Of a stretch of 64,000 nucleotides of DNA, positions 1 through 8,806 are shown piece by piece; within the stretch, counting starts at the first letter, position 1, and each line of letters opens with the position of its first letter. A model generated the notes under the pieces. The model was given only the letters and a program-made list of their open reading frames with translations, had not been told where the DNA came from and did not search any database. The stretch lies in IMG/VR virus record IMGVR_UViG_3300027759_000074, positions 14,364 to 78,363 of that record; one strand, given 5' to 3'. This stretch comes from a virus. The position numbers were made by a program, and so were the translations under genes.

Positions 1-237
1 GGTACGCCAGAAGAACGTCAAGAATATAGAGAGAAAAACCAAGAGTTACTTCGCGTTAAATCCGCGGTTAACAATATGAATAACCAATTAACTAAGATTA
101 GAGAAGCTGAGAAAAGAATTTACAATAACCGTTCAATGTCCGGTGAAGAAAAAAGAATTAAACTTGAAGAGATCCGTCAACGCCAAGAAAGAATATTAGC
201 TAACGTAGAGAAACTAAGATTACGCGCAGGGTTCTAA
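1..237 (+). CDS. Partial CDS: C-terminus of a large internal virion/ejection protein, diverged homologue of 58752..63773
   Basis: Frame 1 is open to TAA at 235-237. It reads GTPEERQEYREKNQELLRVKSAVNNMN...LRLRAGF and aligns with GHQSEAFEYAMENKEMMSVKSQVSALN...LRVQAGL. Confidence 0.8.
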   Translation, partial: GTPEERQEYREKNQELLRVKSAVNNMNNQLTKIREAEKRIYNNRSMSGEEKRIKLEEIRQRQERILANVEKLRLRAGF

Positions 238-434
238 CCTATCCTCCAAGCCCTAACTCCTAGGCAACCATCTTTCGTAGTAACATAAACTTTAACTCTT
301 ACTCGTGCTCGCTTAGCGCCGGACTCAATGGCATAGATAAGAGGCGAGGGCTTCAATGTTGGTATAAAAAAACTCTCGCCTAATTCCATTACTTCAAACG
401 GAAAGATCCATTCGGGTTCATCATGCAGGTTCAG
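234..434 (-). CDS. Small conserved hypothetical protein, probable CTG start (track gives TTG at 449)
   Basis: Homologue at 63770..63970 has the same length from CTG. SD GGAGGAG lies 6 nt upstream of the CTG. Confidence 0.75.
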   Translation of the reverse strand: MNLHDEPEWIFPFEVMELGESFFIPTLKPSPLIYAIESGAKRARVRVKVYVTTKDGCLGVRAWRIG

Positions 435-3261
435 ATACAACTCCTCCAATAATATCTTTTGGGATTGAGTTAAGATTTAACTTATAGACTCTTGTTGCTG
501 ACTTACCAATATCTCTCCAGCCTGCGTTCATACGCTTTCTAATATCTCGTCCTGCATCGATCTCAATGTTAGATAACTTCATTTGATATAAGAACTCTTT
601 AGAACTAACTGACATTTCATTAAGATACTTTTCAAACTCTGTCTTAGATATATACATTGCATTACCTTCTACTTCAACGCGGATAACTAAAGCTGATCTA
701 GGTTCCATCACTGCCTTCCCATCTTTCATAATAAGAATACCTGTTTGGTTCTTATTGATATAGTCTGACAATACTGACTCATAGTCGACTGCGTTAACCT
801 TGACCACGTTATCTCGAATAGCAATCATTTCTCCTACTATGCGTCGATAGACCCGATCCAAGTCAAAATTAGTAATGCCCGCGTTATTCGTAATTTCACC
901 CGCAGTCATCGTAGCAGAGACTAAGTTCTCGTAGAATCGATAAGCCGTATCCCGACCAAAGTCTTCATTAAACTTAATACCCCACTTAGTAATCATGTCT
1001 TGTAGAGCATGTTCACCTACCTTGTAGACTTCTTGAATAAACATAGGGCCTGCCCAACCATAATTAAATCTAAACTTGTCAAATATCTCACGACCAAGTG
1101 AAGCGTCGTCTTTAAATGCGTCAGGTTTACGTACAGATAACTCAATTAAACGCGCTACCTCACCATTAGGATCTTTCTTTAACCCTGTTAGCTTGTCGTA
1201 TAATGAGTGATTGGATGTAAACATAGCAATCATCGAAGCTGACATCTCATGATCTCGTTCCGCATTGACTGATGCTTGCATACGGATTTTAGATTTACCC
1301 TGTGAGATTTTATGGATAAGCTGTGATAAGTCTTTAGGTAGGATATTGCCAACTTCGTCCAAACCAAATGGAAGATTATGTAATCCCAAATATCGACCTG
1401 TCATACCATTAGCCGTAGCTTCGAGTACTGATAAATCTTTAGGGTTACCCCATACAGATAAAGCTGAATATAAAGCTCCAGTCTTAGCTGCACCTGATTC
1501 CCCTGTTAAACAAATTGTCACGCCGGAGGTTGATGTATAATCCATGAGAACTGAGCCGAACCCAGCTAACATAGTAAAAGCATGAAGTTCTAGACTTGGC
1601 AGATTAAGTTTATTAGCTGCCACTTTCCATTCTTCGTACGTACCATGTTTGGATAAATGTTTTGCGATGCCTCGGCAAAGAGGAGACGTAGGAGAAGGTT
1701 TTGTTTTCCCGTCCCTAGTAATTTCATCTTCACCGATAACAAAGGATTCTCTGTTTGGAGTCCACCCCATCTGCATCCTCATTACGTCTGCAGCGCCTTT
1801 GTTCATTAGGTATTGACCCCATTTAATAATATATTGCAATAGATGCCCCACTTCCTTATTTCCTGGACTAAATAATATGCCATTACTTGCTATGATCTCT
1901 TTAAACTTTTCTACTGCATATACATGCTTCAATGGCAATAGGAACTTTCTTTCGGGATCATTAGGTAATAGCGCCTTCATTTCTAAACACTCTCCGTCAG
2001 CGATACTAAAAATACGTCTAACTGGATATATGTCATATAGAGATACTGTGATTGGGATACTTCGTGTAACTTCCCCATGCTCATTTGTTTCTTGTTGCAT
2101 ATAATAAATACCGCCATTTTTACCATATACATAAGGTGAAAGTTCTTCAGGTAAAGATTTTAACATAGATACTACAGTGCCTGTTTTAGCGTCGAACTGA
2201 TGTACAACAGGGTTATCTGATGCGGGAGTTATATTAAATACTTTACCTAATGCTAACGGATTTGTAATTTTGCCTCGATGCGGACAGCCTTCGCAGCCAC
2301 CAGGATTGACTGAGTTAAATGTCTCGCATGAATGAGGCATGTTTTGTGTAGCTTGAGCTTTTCTCTCTGCTGCGTTCTTATCATAACCCGGATGACCTTC
2401 TGATATTGCTCGAATAGCGTCTTCTCTATCATTACAATGTTGGGCTATGGATAACCCTGAATACCAAATAGGCTCCGTTAAAGTTGCTACATTTTCTAGA
2501 ATATATTTAAGTTGATTACATCCTTTACCATCTAAACTCTCAACGGCAATCTTCTGAAAGTTAGACTCGAAGTTATCGAGCTTAAGCATTTTCTTTTGAT
2601 CTTCTGATAAACCTTTAGGTACTGATTGTAGTATAGACTCTAATGACTGGGTAATTTCACCTAAGAAATCTTTAAACTCATCAAAGGTGTACACAGGTAA
2701 TTCGTCATGTCTATAGATAAAGGTTCTACTTGGAGGGTCTGATTTATGATTGAACGTATCAGGACTACGTAGAATACGAGCCGCGTCTGCTGTCACTACT
2801 GGATCAATCTTTAAGCCATGACTAATACAGAAGTCTTTAAACTTCTCTGCATAAGGTTTCCATTCAGTCGTATCGATGTCTCGGTCAAAGAACCAATAGG
2901 CATGGATGCCCCCACCTGAATCTACTATTACAGGATCAGGTAATTCTGACTCTAATACAAACTTATCTAAATCATCTAATGCTTCTTTTTTAGATTGGTA
3001 ATCTTTAGTTTCACCTACATCTAGATCTATAAAGAATGACCTAGCATAAATAGCTTCATCTGCCTTACGGCTATAGCCCTTAAATGAGCTCATAGCTACA
3101 AATATGTTCGTCTTGTCGTCTCGTTTTGTTTCAATTGTTTCTGCTAAATCATCAATGGACTCTACGAATTTGTGTCTAGTCCTCTTGGTTATTGGGTCTA
3201 TATCTGCTATACAATAAACCCCTTTAGTAGGCAATGCTTTCGTATAAAATTCTCTTATCAT
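421..3261 (-). CDS. Primase-helicase (AEP/RepB'-like primase, Cys-rich linker, DUF927/Cch-like P-loop helicase)
   Basis: Primase motifs FFIDLD, DSGGGIHAYW and RILRSPDTFNHK; Cys cluster HSC..CEGC; Walker A-like GESGAAKT and Walker B-like FGLDE. Confidence 0.85.
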   Translation of the reverse strand: MIREFYTKALPTKGVYCIADIDPITKRTRHKFVESIDDLAETIETKRDDKTNIFVAMSSFKGYSRKADEAIYARSFFIDLDVGETKDYQSKKEALDDLDKFVLESELPDPVIVDSGGGIHAYWFFDRDIDTTEWKPYAEKFKDFCISHGLKIDPVVTADAARILRSPDTFNHKSDPPSRTFIYRHDELPVYTFDEFKDFLGEITQSLESILQSVPKGLSEDQKKMLKLDNFESNFQKIAVESLDGKGCNQLKYILENVATLTEPIWYSGLSIAQHCNDREDAIRAISEGHPGYDKNAAERKAQATQNMPHSCETFNSVNPGGCEGCPHRGKITNPLALGKVFNITPASDNPVVHQFDAKTGTVVSMLKSLPEELSPYVYGKNGGIYYMQQETNEHGEVTRSIPITVSLYDIYPVRRIFSIADGECLEMKALLPNDPERKFLLPLKHVYAVEKFKEIIASNGILFSPGNKEVGHLLQYIIKWGQYLMNKGAADVMRMQMGWTPNRESFVIGEDEITRDGKTKPSPTSPLCRGIAKHLSKHGTYEEWKVAANKLNLPSLELHAFTMLAGFGSVLMDYTSTSGVTICLTGESGAAKTGALYSALSVWGNPKDLSVLEATANGMTGRYLGLHNLPFGLDEVGNILPKDLSQLIHKISQGKSKIRMQASVNAERDHEMSASMIAMFTSNHSLYDKLTGLKKDPNGEVARLIELSVRKPDAFKDDASLGREIFDKFRFNYGWAGPMFIQEVYKVGEHALQDMITKWGIKFNEDFGRDTAYRFYENLVSATMTAGEITNNAGITNFDLDRVYRRIVGEMIAIRDNVVKVNAVDYESVLSDYINKNQTGILIMKDGKAVMEPRSALVIRVEVEGNAMYISKTEFEKYLNEMSVSSKEFLYQMKLSNIEIDAGRDIRKRMNAGWRDIGKSATRVYKLNLNSIPKDIIGGVVSEPA

Positions 3262-3338
3262 TTTGCTTTCCTAAATTTTTAGTCAAAGTTATCCCGCTGC
3301 ATCAATATGCATTTTTTTCGATCTCTTTCGGGATACTG

Positions 3339-3581
3339 TTATTGTACTACTTTTTTCTCTAATTCTTTAATCAGTATCTTTATTTTCTCTAAATTCCTAT
3401 TTCGTATAGCGCCGCCTCTAAACCATGTATAAACTGTCAGTCTAGATACATTACATTTTTCGGCAACTTCAATAGGGGGTACGTCCGCCTTAACACATAA
3501 CTTGGCTAGTTTAACCCCTATCAAATTGTCGTTAAGCTTGTTTAATTCAAGCCTAAATTTCTCGCTATACATTATTGCCAT
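3339..3581 (-). CDS. HTH DNA-binding protein
   Basis: EVAEKCNVSRLTVYTWFRG fits a Cro/XRE-like helix-turn-helix. Confidence 0.7.
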   Translation of the reverse strand: MAIMYSEKFRLELNKLNDNLIGVKLAKLCVKADVPPIEVAEKCNVSRLTVYTWFRGGAIRNRNLEKIKILIKELEKKVVQ

Positions 3582-4474
3582 TACGTTTTAGTCGACCACT
3601 TTTTTACAATATCATTAACGCTACTTACAGGTTTAGGTTGAGCTTGTGTTGTTTCTCTCAATACCGGTTCTGTTGAGTCAACGTCACTCTTTTGTGCTTC
3701 GGCAGGTTGTGCCTGAGCTGGAGCGGCTGTTGCTTGAACTGGTTGAGAAGGAGCTTCACCTTCTTCTGTTGATTGGAAAATGGTTAACTTAACTGCTTGT
3801 TCAGCAGCTTGACTCTTCGCTTGTCTTGCGATTACATCCATATCACCTGGATCAACTGCGGCTGCAGGAGAGAATAGTACCTTGGGTGTAGGAGACTTAG
3901 TATCAAATTGCATCTTAGTAACGACGCGGCTAGCACTTACATTGTTGCTTGCTAACATTTGTACATAAGGTCTGAAACCCCACTTACCACTATCTTCTTT
4001 TTGCCAACATGATGTTGAAGGTAATACGAGTTGCATAACATCGCCTGCAGGATCATTAGGTAATACAACGGCTAGACGCCATGATAGGCGGCATGATGAA
4101 CCCGCACCACTTTTAACGCTTTGTGGGCATGCATCACATGATTTTGCTTGCGGTGTTTTAACATCAGCGTCAGGTACTCGAGAGTCGCTAGACCAGCATG
4201 AAGGGCTAACTTTCTCATTCTCTTTATATGATGTTGCATAAAATGTTCTAGATGCGGCATGAGCCATCTTAACGATGATTACATTCATATGACGATCTTC
4301 GATGGCACTGACTTCTTTACCACCAACTATCTTACGAAAGACTCCACCACGAATTGATATACGCTTGGTCGCATTACCCAGTGCACCACCGGCAACGGCT
4401 AAGGTATCTTCATCTAACCCTGTCTGAATTAGGCTAGGACTGTTCTGCAATATTACTGATAATTCTGTATTCAT
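3581..4474 (-). CDS. Putative ssDNA-binding/annealing protein
   Basis: Lies in the replication module; beta-rich with Cys cluster CWSSD..CDACP..C and a low-complexity Q/P/A tail. Function inferred. Confidence 0.5.
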   Translation of the reverse strand: MNTELSVILQNSPSLIQTGLDEDTLAVAGGALGNATKRISIRGGVFRKIVGGKEVSAIEDRHMNVIIVKMAHAASRTFYATSYKENEKVSPSCWSSDSRVPDADVKTPQAKSCDACPQSVKSGAGSSCRLSWRLAVVLPNDPAGDVMQLVLPSTSCWQKEDSGKWGFRPYVQMLASNNVSASRVVTKMQFDTKSPTPKVLFSPAAAVDPGDMDVIARQAKSQAAEQAVKLTIFQSTEEGEAPSQPVQATAAPAQAQPAEAQKSDVDSTEPVLRETTQAQPKPVSSVNDIVKKWSTKT

Positions 4475-4491
4475 AACTGTATCTCCACTAA

Positions 4492-4899
4492 TTATTTACT
4501 GGTTGGTTTGCGTACTACAATGCCAAATTCTCGCATTGTGCTGATGCCGGGTGGCAGTCCTTCGTCTTCCTTACCATTAAAGAACTCTTTACAATTGCTT
4601 TGATGTAAGCGTTGTTGAAGTAACTCGATTGCGTTATTCTCGATAACGTACTGCTTAAAGTTATTCCAATCGCTACATACAAAGTTCTCTTTAAGAGACT
4701 TAATGATAGTGCCATTCCCCGTACGTATACTATCAGCATTTATATCATTGCAGGCACCTAACATCACCTGTTCTAACTGAAACATGTCCGCTTTTAACTG
4801 TGCGTCCTTTGCTTCGTATTCTCTTGCTATATTATCCCTTTCTGATCTTATAGTCAAATAAGTTTGTACTAATTCATCTAGTTGTGGTGCATCACTCAT
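4492..4899 (-). CDS. Conserved phage replication-module hypothetical protein
   Basis: N-terminal coiled coil, C-terminal LPPGI motif, SD AAGGAG. Confidence 0.6.
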   Translation of the reverse strand: MSDAPQLDELVQTYLTIRSERDNIAREYEAKDAQLKADMFQLEQVMLGACNDINADSIRTGNGTIIKSLKENFVCSDWNNFKQYVIENNAIELLQQRLHQSNCKEFFNGKEDEGLPPGISTMREFGIVVRKPTSK

Positions 4900-5045
4900 T
4901 TCTTTCTCCTTAATTTATCTTTCTCTAATTGATCCAACTCATATAGTACCTCAAATAATATAACTAGTATATAGCCAATCCAAAACCACATATTAGCATG
5001 GAAATTATATAAAAGGAACCCAGCCATAAAAGTATTTAATATCAC
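4896..5045 (-). CDS. Small membrane protein (49 aa, not in ORF track)
   Basis: GTG start; MILNTFMAGFLLYNFHANMWFWIGYILVILFEVLYELDQLEKDKLRRKK. Overlaps both neighbours by 4 nt (GTGA and ATGA), exactly filling the gap. Confidence 0.6.
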   Translation of the reverse strand: MILNTFMAGFLLYNFHANMWFWIGYILVILFEVLYELDQLEKDKLRRKK

Positions 5046-6607
5046 TCTCCAAGCTCCTCTCTATAAAGATCTACTAATTTAGTGTGCATATCTACCTTAC
5101 CTTGTAGCATCTTATACATCTTCTTTTCTACGTCTGATCCTTGTAGGTGTACTACAGTCATCTTATTCTTCTGTCCTACGCGATCCATACGGGCAACACA
5201 TTGTAAGTAAGTTTCAACGCTCATCACAGGAGACCAGAAGACTACCGTGTTTGCTCTAGTTAACGTCACTCCGTGAGACGCAGCTTGAGGCTGTATGACT
5301 AAGACTCTTGGATCTTCATCTGTTTGGAACCTACCTATAATACTGGCTCGCTTTGTCGCTGTAACATCCCCATTAATGATCTCATTTGTAACCCCCTCCC
5401 CATCTAAAAATCTTGCAACGACCTCGATGGTATGTCTATAGGGTACGAATATTATCACCTTATGTTCTGTTTCGTCAATGACCTCTTTCAACTCTTTAAG
5501 ACGCGGGCTAATATCAAACTCAATAACATCATGCTTGTCTGTATAGACAGCTCCGCCTGAAATCTGTAATAACTTATTAAGTCCTGCTGCAGCGTTGACT
5601 GCGGTCACTTGTGCTCCTGCTGCCTCGATCAACATCTGTTCTTTTAAAGCCTTGTAGTACTTCATAACTTGGGGAGTTAAAGGAACTTCGCGTGTCTGGT
5701 ACATGACTTCGGGTAAATCAAGACAATCATTTTTAGCAAAGCGTATCGCAGGGTTTAGCGCTTTAAAGACCTCGTGCCTTGAGTTAGGCTTGGGTATCCA
5801 TTTAAACTTAGTGACTTGGTGCATCACTAGATCTCGCCACGCCATAGCAAACTTCGGTATACGTTGTGGACAAACTAACTTAGCTAATCCATAAGCATCG
5901 ATGGGCGATTGAGATGCCGGCGTTCCAGTGAGCATCCATAAACGAGTTTCGGGTTTTAATATTTTAGCTAGCGTTTTCCACCTTGTTGTAGATGGGCTCT
6001 TATAAGCATTAGCTTCATCGACTACGATTAAATCAAATCCGCCATTAGCGATGACGTCTCGTACTACCCCTACACCATCATAGTTAATAATGATAATCTC
6101 GTAATCCCCGTTAATAATCTTAGCTCTTTTTTCTGCTGTTCCGTGAGCTACGGCTGAGGTTCTATGCATGCACGTATTAAAGACATCGCCTTGCCAAGCT
6201 GAATACATAATTGACAAAGGACATATAATAAGAATGCGTTTGATCTCGCCTTGATTCATTAAATAATCCGCTGCCCATAGTACTGACGAGGTTTTCCCTG
6301 TACCAGCTTCGTTAAAACAAAAGGCTCGACGATTGATTGAGAGGAATTCTGAGGTTATTCTTTGGTGATCGAAAGGTTTATACAGCCCAGGATAATGATA
6401 GTCCCGAGTGATAGGTGAAGGTAGATTGGTTCTGAATGATACGATTTGGTTAAGCTTAGTCATCTCATGTAAGCCCCAATAGACCATTACGTCTGCTAGG
6501 TTACCATTCCATTCAATAACTTCTGACTTTTCAATTGCGTCCGTAATATGTGGGACGATGTGTTCAGGTACTGTAATTCTTACTGCGGTATTTTCTATAA
6601 GTTCCAT
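5042..6607 (-). CDS. SNF2-family (SF2) DNA helicase
   Basis: EAGTGKT, VVDEA, LTGTP, ASHGVTLT and QCVARMDRVGQ motifs. Confidence 0.9.
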   Translation of the reverse strand: MELIENTAVRITVPEHIVPHITDAIEKSEVIEWNGNLADVMVYWGLHEMTKLNQIVSFRTNLPSPITRDYHYPGLYKPFDHQRITSEFLSINRRAFCFNEAGTGKTSSVLWAADYLMNQGEIKRILIICPLSIMYSAWQGDVFNTCMHRTSAVAHGTAEKRAKIINGDYEIIIINYDGVGVVRDVIANGGFDLIVVDEANAYKSPSTTRWKTLAKILKPETRLWMLTGTPASQSPIDAYGLAKLVCPQRIPKFAMAWRDLVMHQVTKFKWIPKPNSRHEVFKALNPAIRFAKNDCLDLPEVMYQTREVPLTPQVMKYYKALKEQMLIEAAGAQVTAVNAAAGLNKLLQISGGAVYTDKHDVIEFDISPRLKELKEVIDETEHKVIIFVPYRHTIEVVARFLDGEGVTNEIINGDVTATKRASIIGRFQTDEDPRVLVIQPQAASHGVTLTRANTVVFWSPVMSVETYLQCVARMDRVGQKNKMTVVHLQGSDVEKKMYKMLQGKVDMHTKLVDLYREELGE

Positions 6608-6651
6608 ACTATCCTTTTAACTAGGCATCCCCGATGCCTTTCTGTGTATTA

Positions 6652-6966
6652 CTATTTCTTCTTGCGTTCTCTACTACTAATCTCTGAAATTAGATTACCT
6701 TTCTTGTCTCTGTTAAACGATCTATTCTTGGCAGCGCTTTGTATGACTACGCCGTCTTTATTCGATCCTCCTTTATCTAGTGCTTTCTTGTGAGCTACGT
6801 CTTTACCTTCCCGTGCGTCAGCTTTACCATCTTTGTCTTTATCAGCCATCGTTTTATCTAGTAATCGACGAGCGCGTTGTCTTTCCATTCGGCGTTCATG
6901 TTCACCACGTTTCTTTTCTAGTTCATATTCATGATTATAAGGTCTCTTACCTTTTGCGTATGCCAT
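6652..6966 (-). CDS. Basic HNH-like protein
   Basis: DVAHKKALDKGGSN...NRSF resembles an HNH core. Confidence 0.55.
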   Translation of the reverse strand: MAYAKGKRPYNHEYELEKKRGEHERRMERQRARRLLDKTMADKDKDGKADAREGKDVAHKKALDKGGSNKDGVVIQSAAKNRSFNRDKKGNLISEISSRERKKK

Positions 6967-6974
6967 ATTTTCTC

Positions 6975-7631
6975 CTAAGATTTATTATATTCACAGCTCT
7001 TAACAGGGCAATATCTACAGAGCGGTGTTGGGTTAGCTTGCCATGTGTTATTATCATACGACATATCTAATCTTGCAAGCGATTGTCCAAAGTCATTCCA
7101 ATACTTATCTATCTTATCTCTTGTATACTCTTCTGTAATAAAGCTATTGTGCATCACAAAGAGAAGTCCAGCTTTGATCTTATTAATATTTGGAAAGTGG
7201 GCAAAGGTCATTAGCGCCATAAGTTTAAGTTGCTTAGAGTCCGGATACTTATTTGAACCAGTCTTATAGTCAACAATAAAAGCATAGTCATCATCAACAA
7301 TAAGTAAATCCACAATACCACGAACCCATCTATTAGGGTCATCAAAAGCACACGGGGTTTTATCTCTCCCCAAAGCCATTTCATACTCTGGATATTTATC
7401 CCCAGGGATCGCAATAAGTTCATCGACTACTCCTTTAAATCTTAAATAGTTTAATGCTAATTCTTTACCATCTTTTACATAGTCTTCTAATGCTTTATGT
7501 ACTTCTGTTCCATAGATCATTTTTTCACTAGGAATAACTTGATAGCTTTGTGCTACCCTAATTTCATAGTACTTTCTAGGGCACTTAAGATACTCACTTA
7601 AAGCTGAATAAGACCATGTGTATTGAGCCAT
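6975..7631 (-). CDS. PD-(D/E)XK exonuclease (RecB/Cas4-like)
   Basis: SYS..CPR, GTEVH, RGIVDL..IVDYKTG..QL and C-terminal CRYCPVKSC. Confidence 0.88.
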   Translation of the reverse strand: MAQYTWSYSALSEYLKCPRKYYEIRVAQSYQVIPSEKMIYGTEVHKALEDYVKDGKELALNYLRFKGVVDELIAIPGDKYPEYEMALGRDKTPCAFDDPNRWVRGIVDLLIVDDDYAFIVDYKTGSNKYPDSKQLKLMALMTFAHFPNINKIKAGLLFVMHNSFITEEYTRDKIDKYWNDFGQSLARLDMSYDNNTWQANPTPLCRYCPVKSCEYNKS

Positions 7632-7846
7632 TATTTTTTATCTACTTTCTGAACGTTCCCCGTCGATTTATTAAGTTCATACTCAGGTAATACTTCTTTT
7701 CCTATGGGTTTCATTTGATCCCATTCTTTATCTACAGGCAATTCTTTCTTCCTAAAAATCAAATCAAAGTTTTGTTCATACAGCTCATTGTTTGGTTTAC
7801 TCTGTAACAGATCTCCTGTTGATTCATTTCTTGCTGTTCTTTTCAT
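7631..7846 (-). CDS. Hypothetical protein
   Basis: ORF with SD GGAGG, coupled to neighbours. Confidence 0.6.
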   Translation of the reverse strand: MKRTARNESTGDLLQSKPNNELYEQNFDLIFRKKELPVDKEWDQMKPIGKEVLPEYELNKSTGNVQKVDKK

Positions 7847-8345
7847 AATTTTCCTCCACGTCTTTTAATAATCGATCAAATGTTAATTTATCTTTGTCTT
7901 GTAAAAATTCTACGCTAAACATATATCTTGGTTTTTGAAAATTAATTACCATGTGTTCATGTTGAGTATTATATAAGTAATATGTATTAGGTTTGTAATG
8001 TAGTTGCATAAAATTTCTACTCACTTCTTTTTTGTTTCTCGAAAATAAACTATGACTATATACACTTCCATTAGGTGTTAATAGCATATTAATTCCTACG
8101 CCCCGCCTAGTATCTACATGCCAATCGTAACAAGTATATGGATCTAATTTAATAACCCCACCTAAATACTCGTACCTATTTCCTAGCCATTTAAAGAACG
8201 GGTCTTGTTCTAATAGGTCGTATGGTAAAGGTTTACCCGCAAAATTATAATAAGGAAACCAAGCCTCATCATTTTTCGCATATTCTAAAATACTGTCTGC
8301 AATGTTAGACTCATGTTTAATTTCCATAAATGAGTATGCCATCAT
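7824..8345 (-). CDS. Cupin/2OG-Fe(II) oxygenase-like protein
   Basis: HxD..H triad (WHVD...QHEHMV, then R). Likely start at ATG 8345 overlapping the upstream stop. Confidence 0.6.
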   Translation of the reverse strand: MMAYSFMEIKHESNIADSILEYAKNDEAWFPYYNFAGKPLPYDLLEQDPFFKWLGNRYEYLGGVIKLDPYTCYDWHVDTRRGVGINMLLTPNGSVYSHSLFSRNKKEVSRNFMQLHYKPNTYYLYNTQHEHMVINFQKPRYMFSVEFLQDKDKLTFDRLLKDVEENYEKNSKK

Positions 8346-8806
8346 TTTTCTCCGTATATATAAATTATCCAATTTGCAAATCTAAGTAGTTGTTCAGGTG
8401 ATGCGCTGTTCTTCATTGTGTTAGCTTTGTGACTAAGCACCTGTATATTACCTTTAACATATCCTTTATCATTATCTATCCTATCTACCGACGGAGAATG
8501 TGGCGACGGCCCCGTTTTCATTCCCTCATTTGTGCCTACTAATATAGGTATACCAAGTGCGGGACATAGAATAGGTATATCAATATCTTGCCAATCTAAA
8601 TTAAACTCCGTTCCCATTCGTTTAGCTCTACTTTTTATATTAAGATGTAGACATCTTTCAGGGTTTGCATACCGCCATATTTTAAGTTTCTGTGTAGATT
8701 TTGCCTGATGTTTTTGTACATATGCTTTTATTTTGTCAGGGTTTTTTAATCTCCACGCTTTTTGGTACTCTTTATTATTTTTAGCAGTCGCCATAGCTTT
8801 CTCCAT
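8342..8806 (-). CDS. HNH-type (homing) endonuclease
   Basis: SVDRIDNDKGYVKGNIQVLSHKANTMK motif, basic N-terminus, overlaps the 3' end of the polymerase gene. Confidence 0.75.
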   Translation of the reverse strand: MEKAMATAKNNKEYQKAWRLKNPDKIKAYVQKHQAKSTQKLKIWRYANPERCLHLNIKSRAKRMGTEFNLDWQDIDIPILCPALGIPILVGTNEGMKTGPSPHSPSVDRIDNDKGYVKGNIQVLSHKANTMKNSASPEQLLRFANWIIYIYGEK

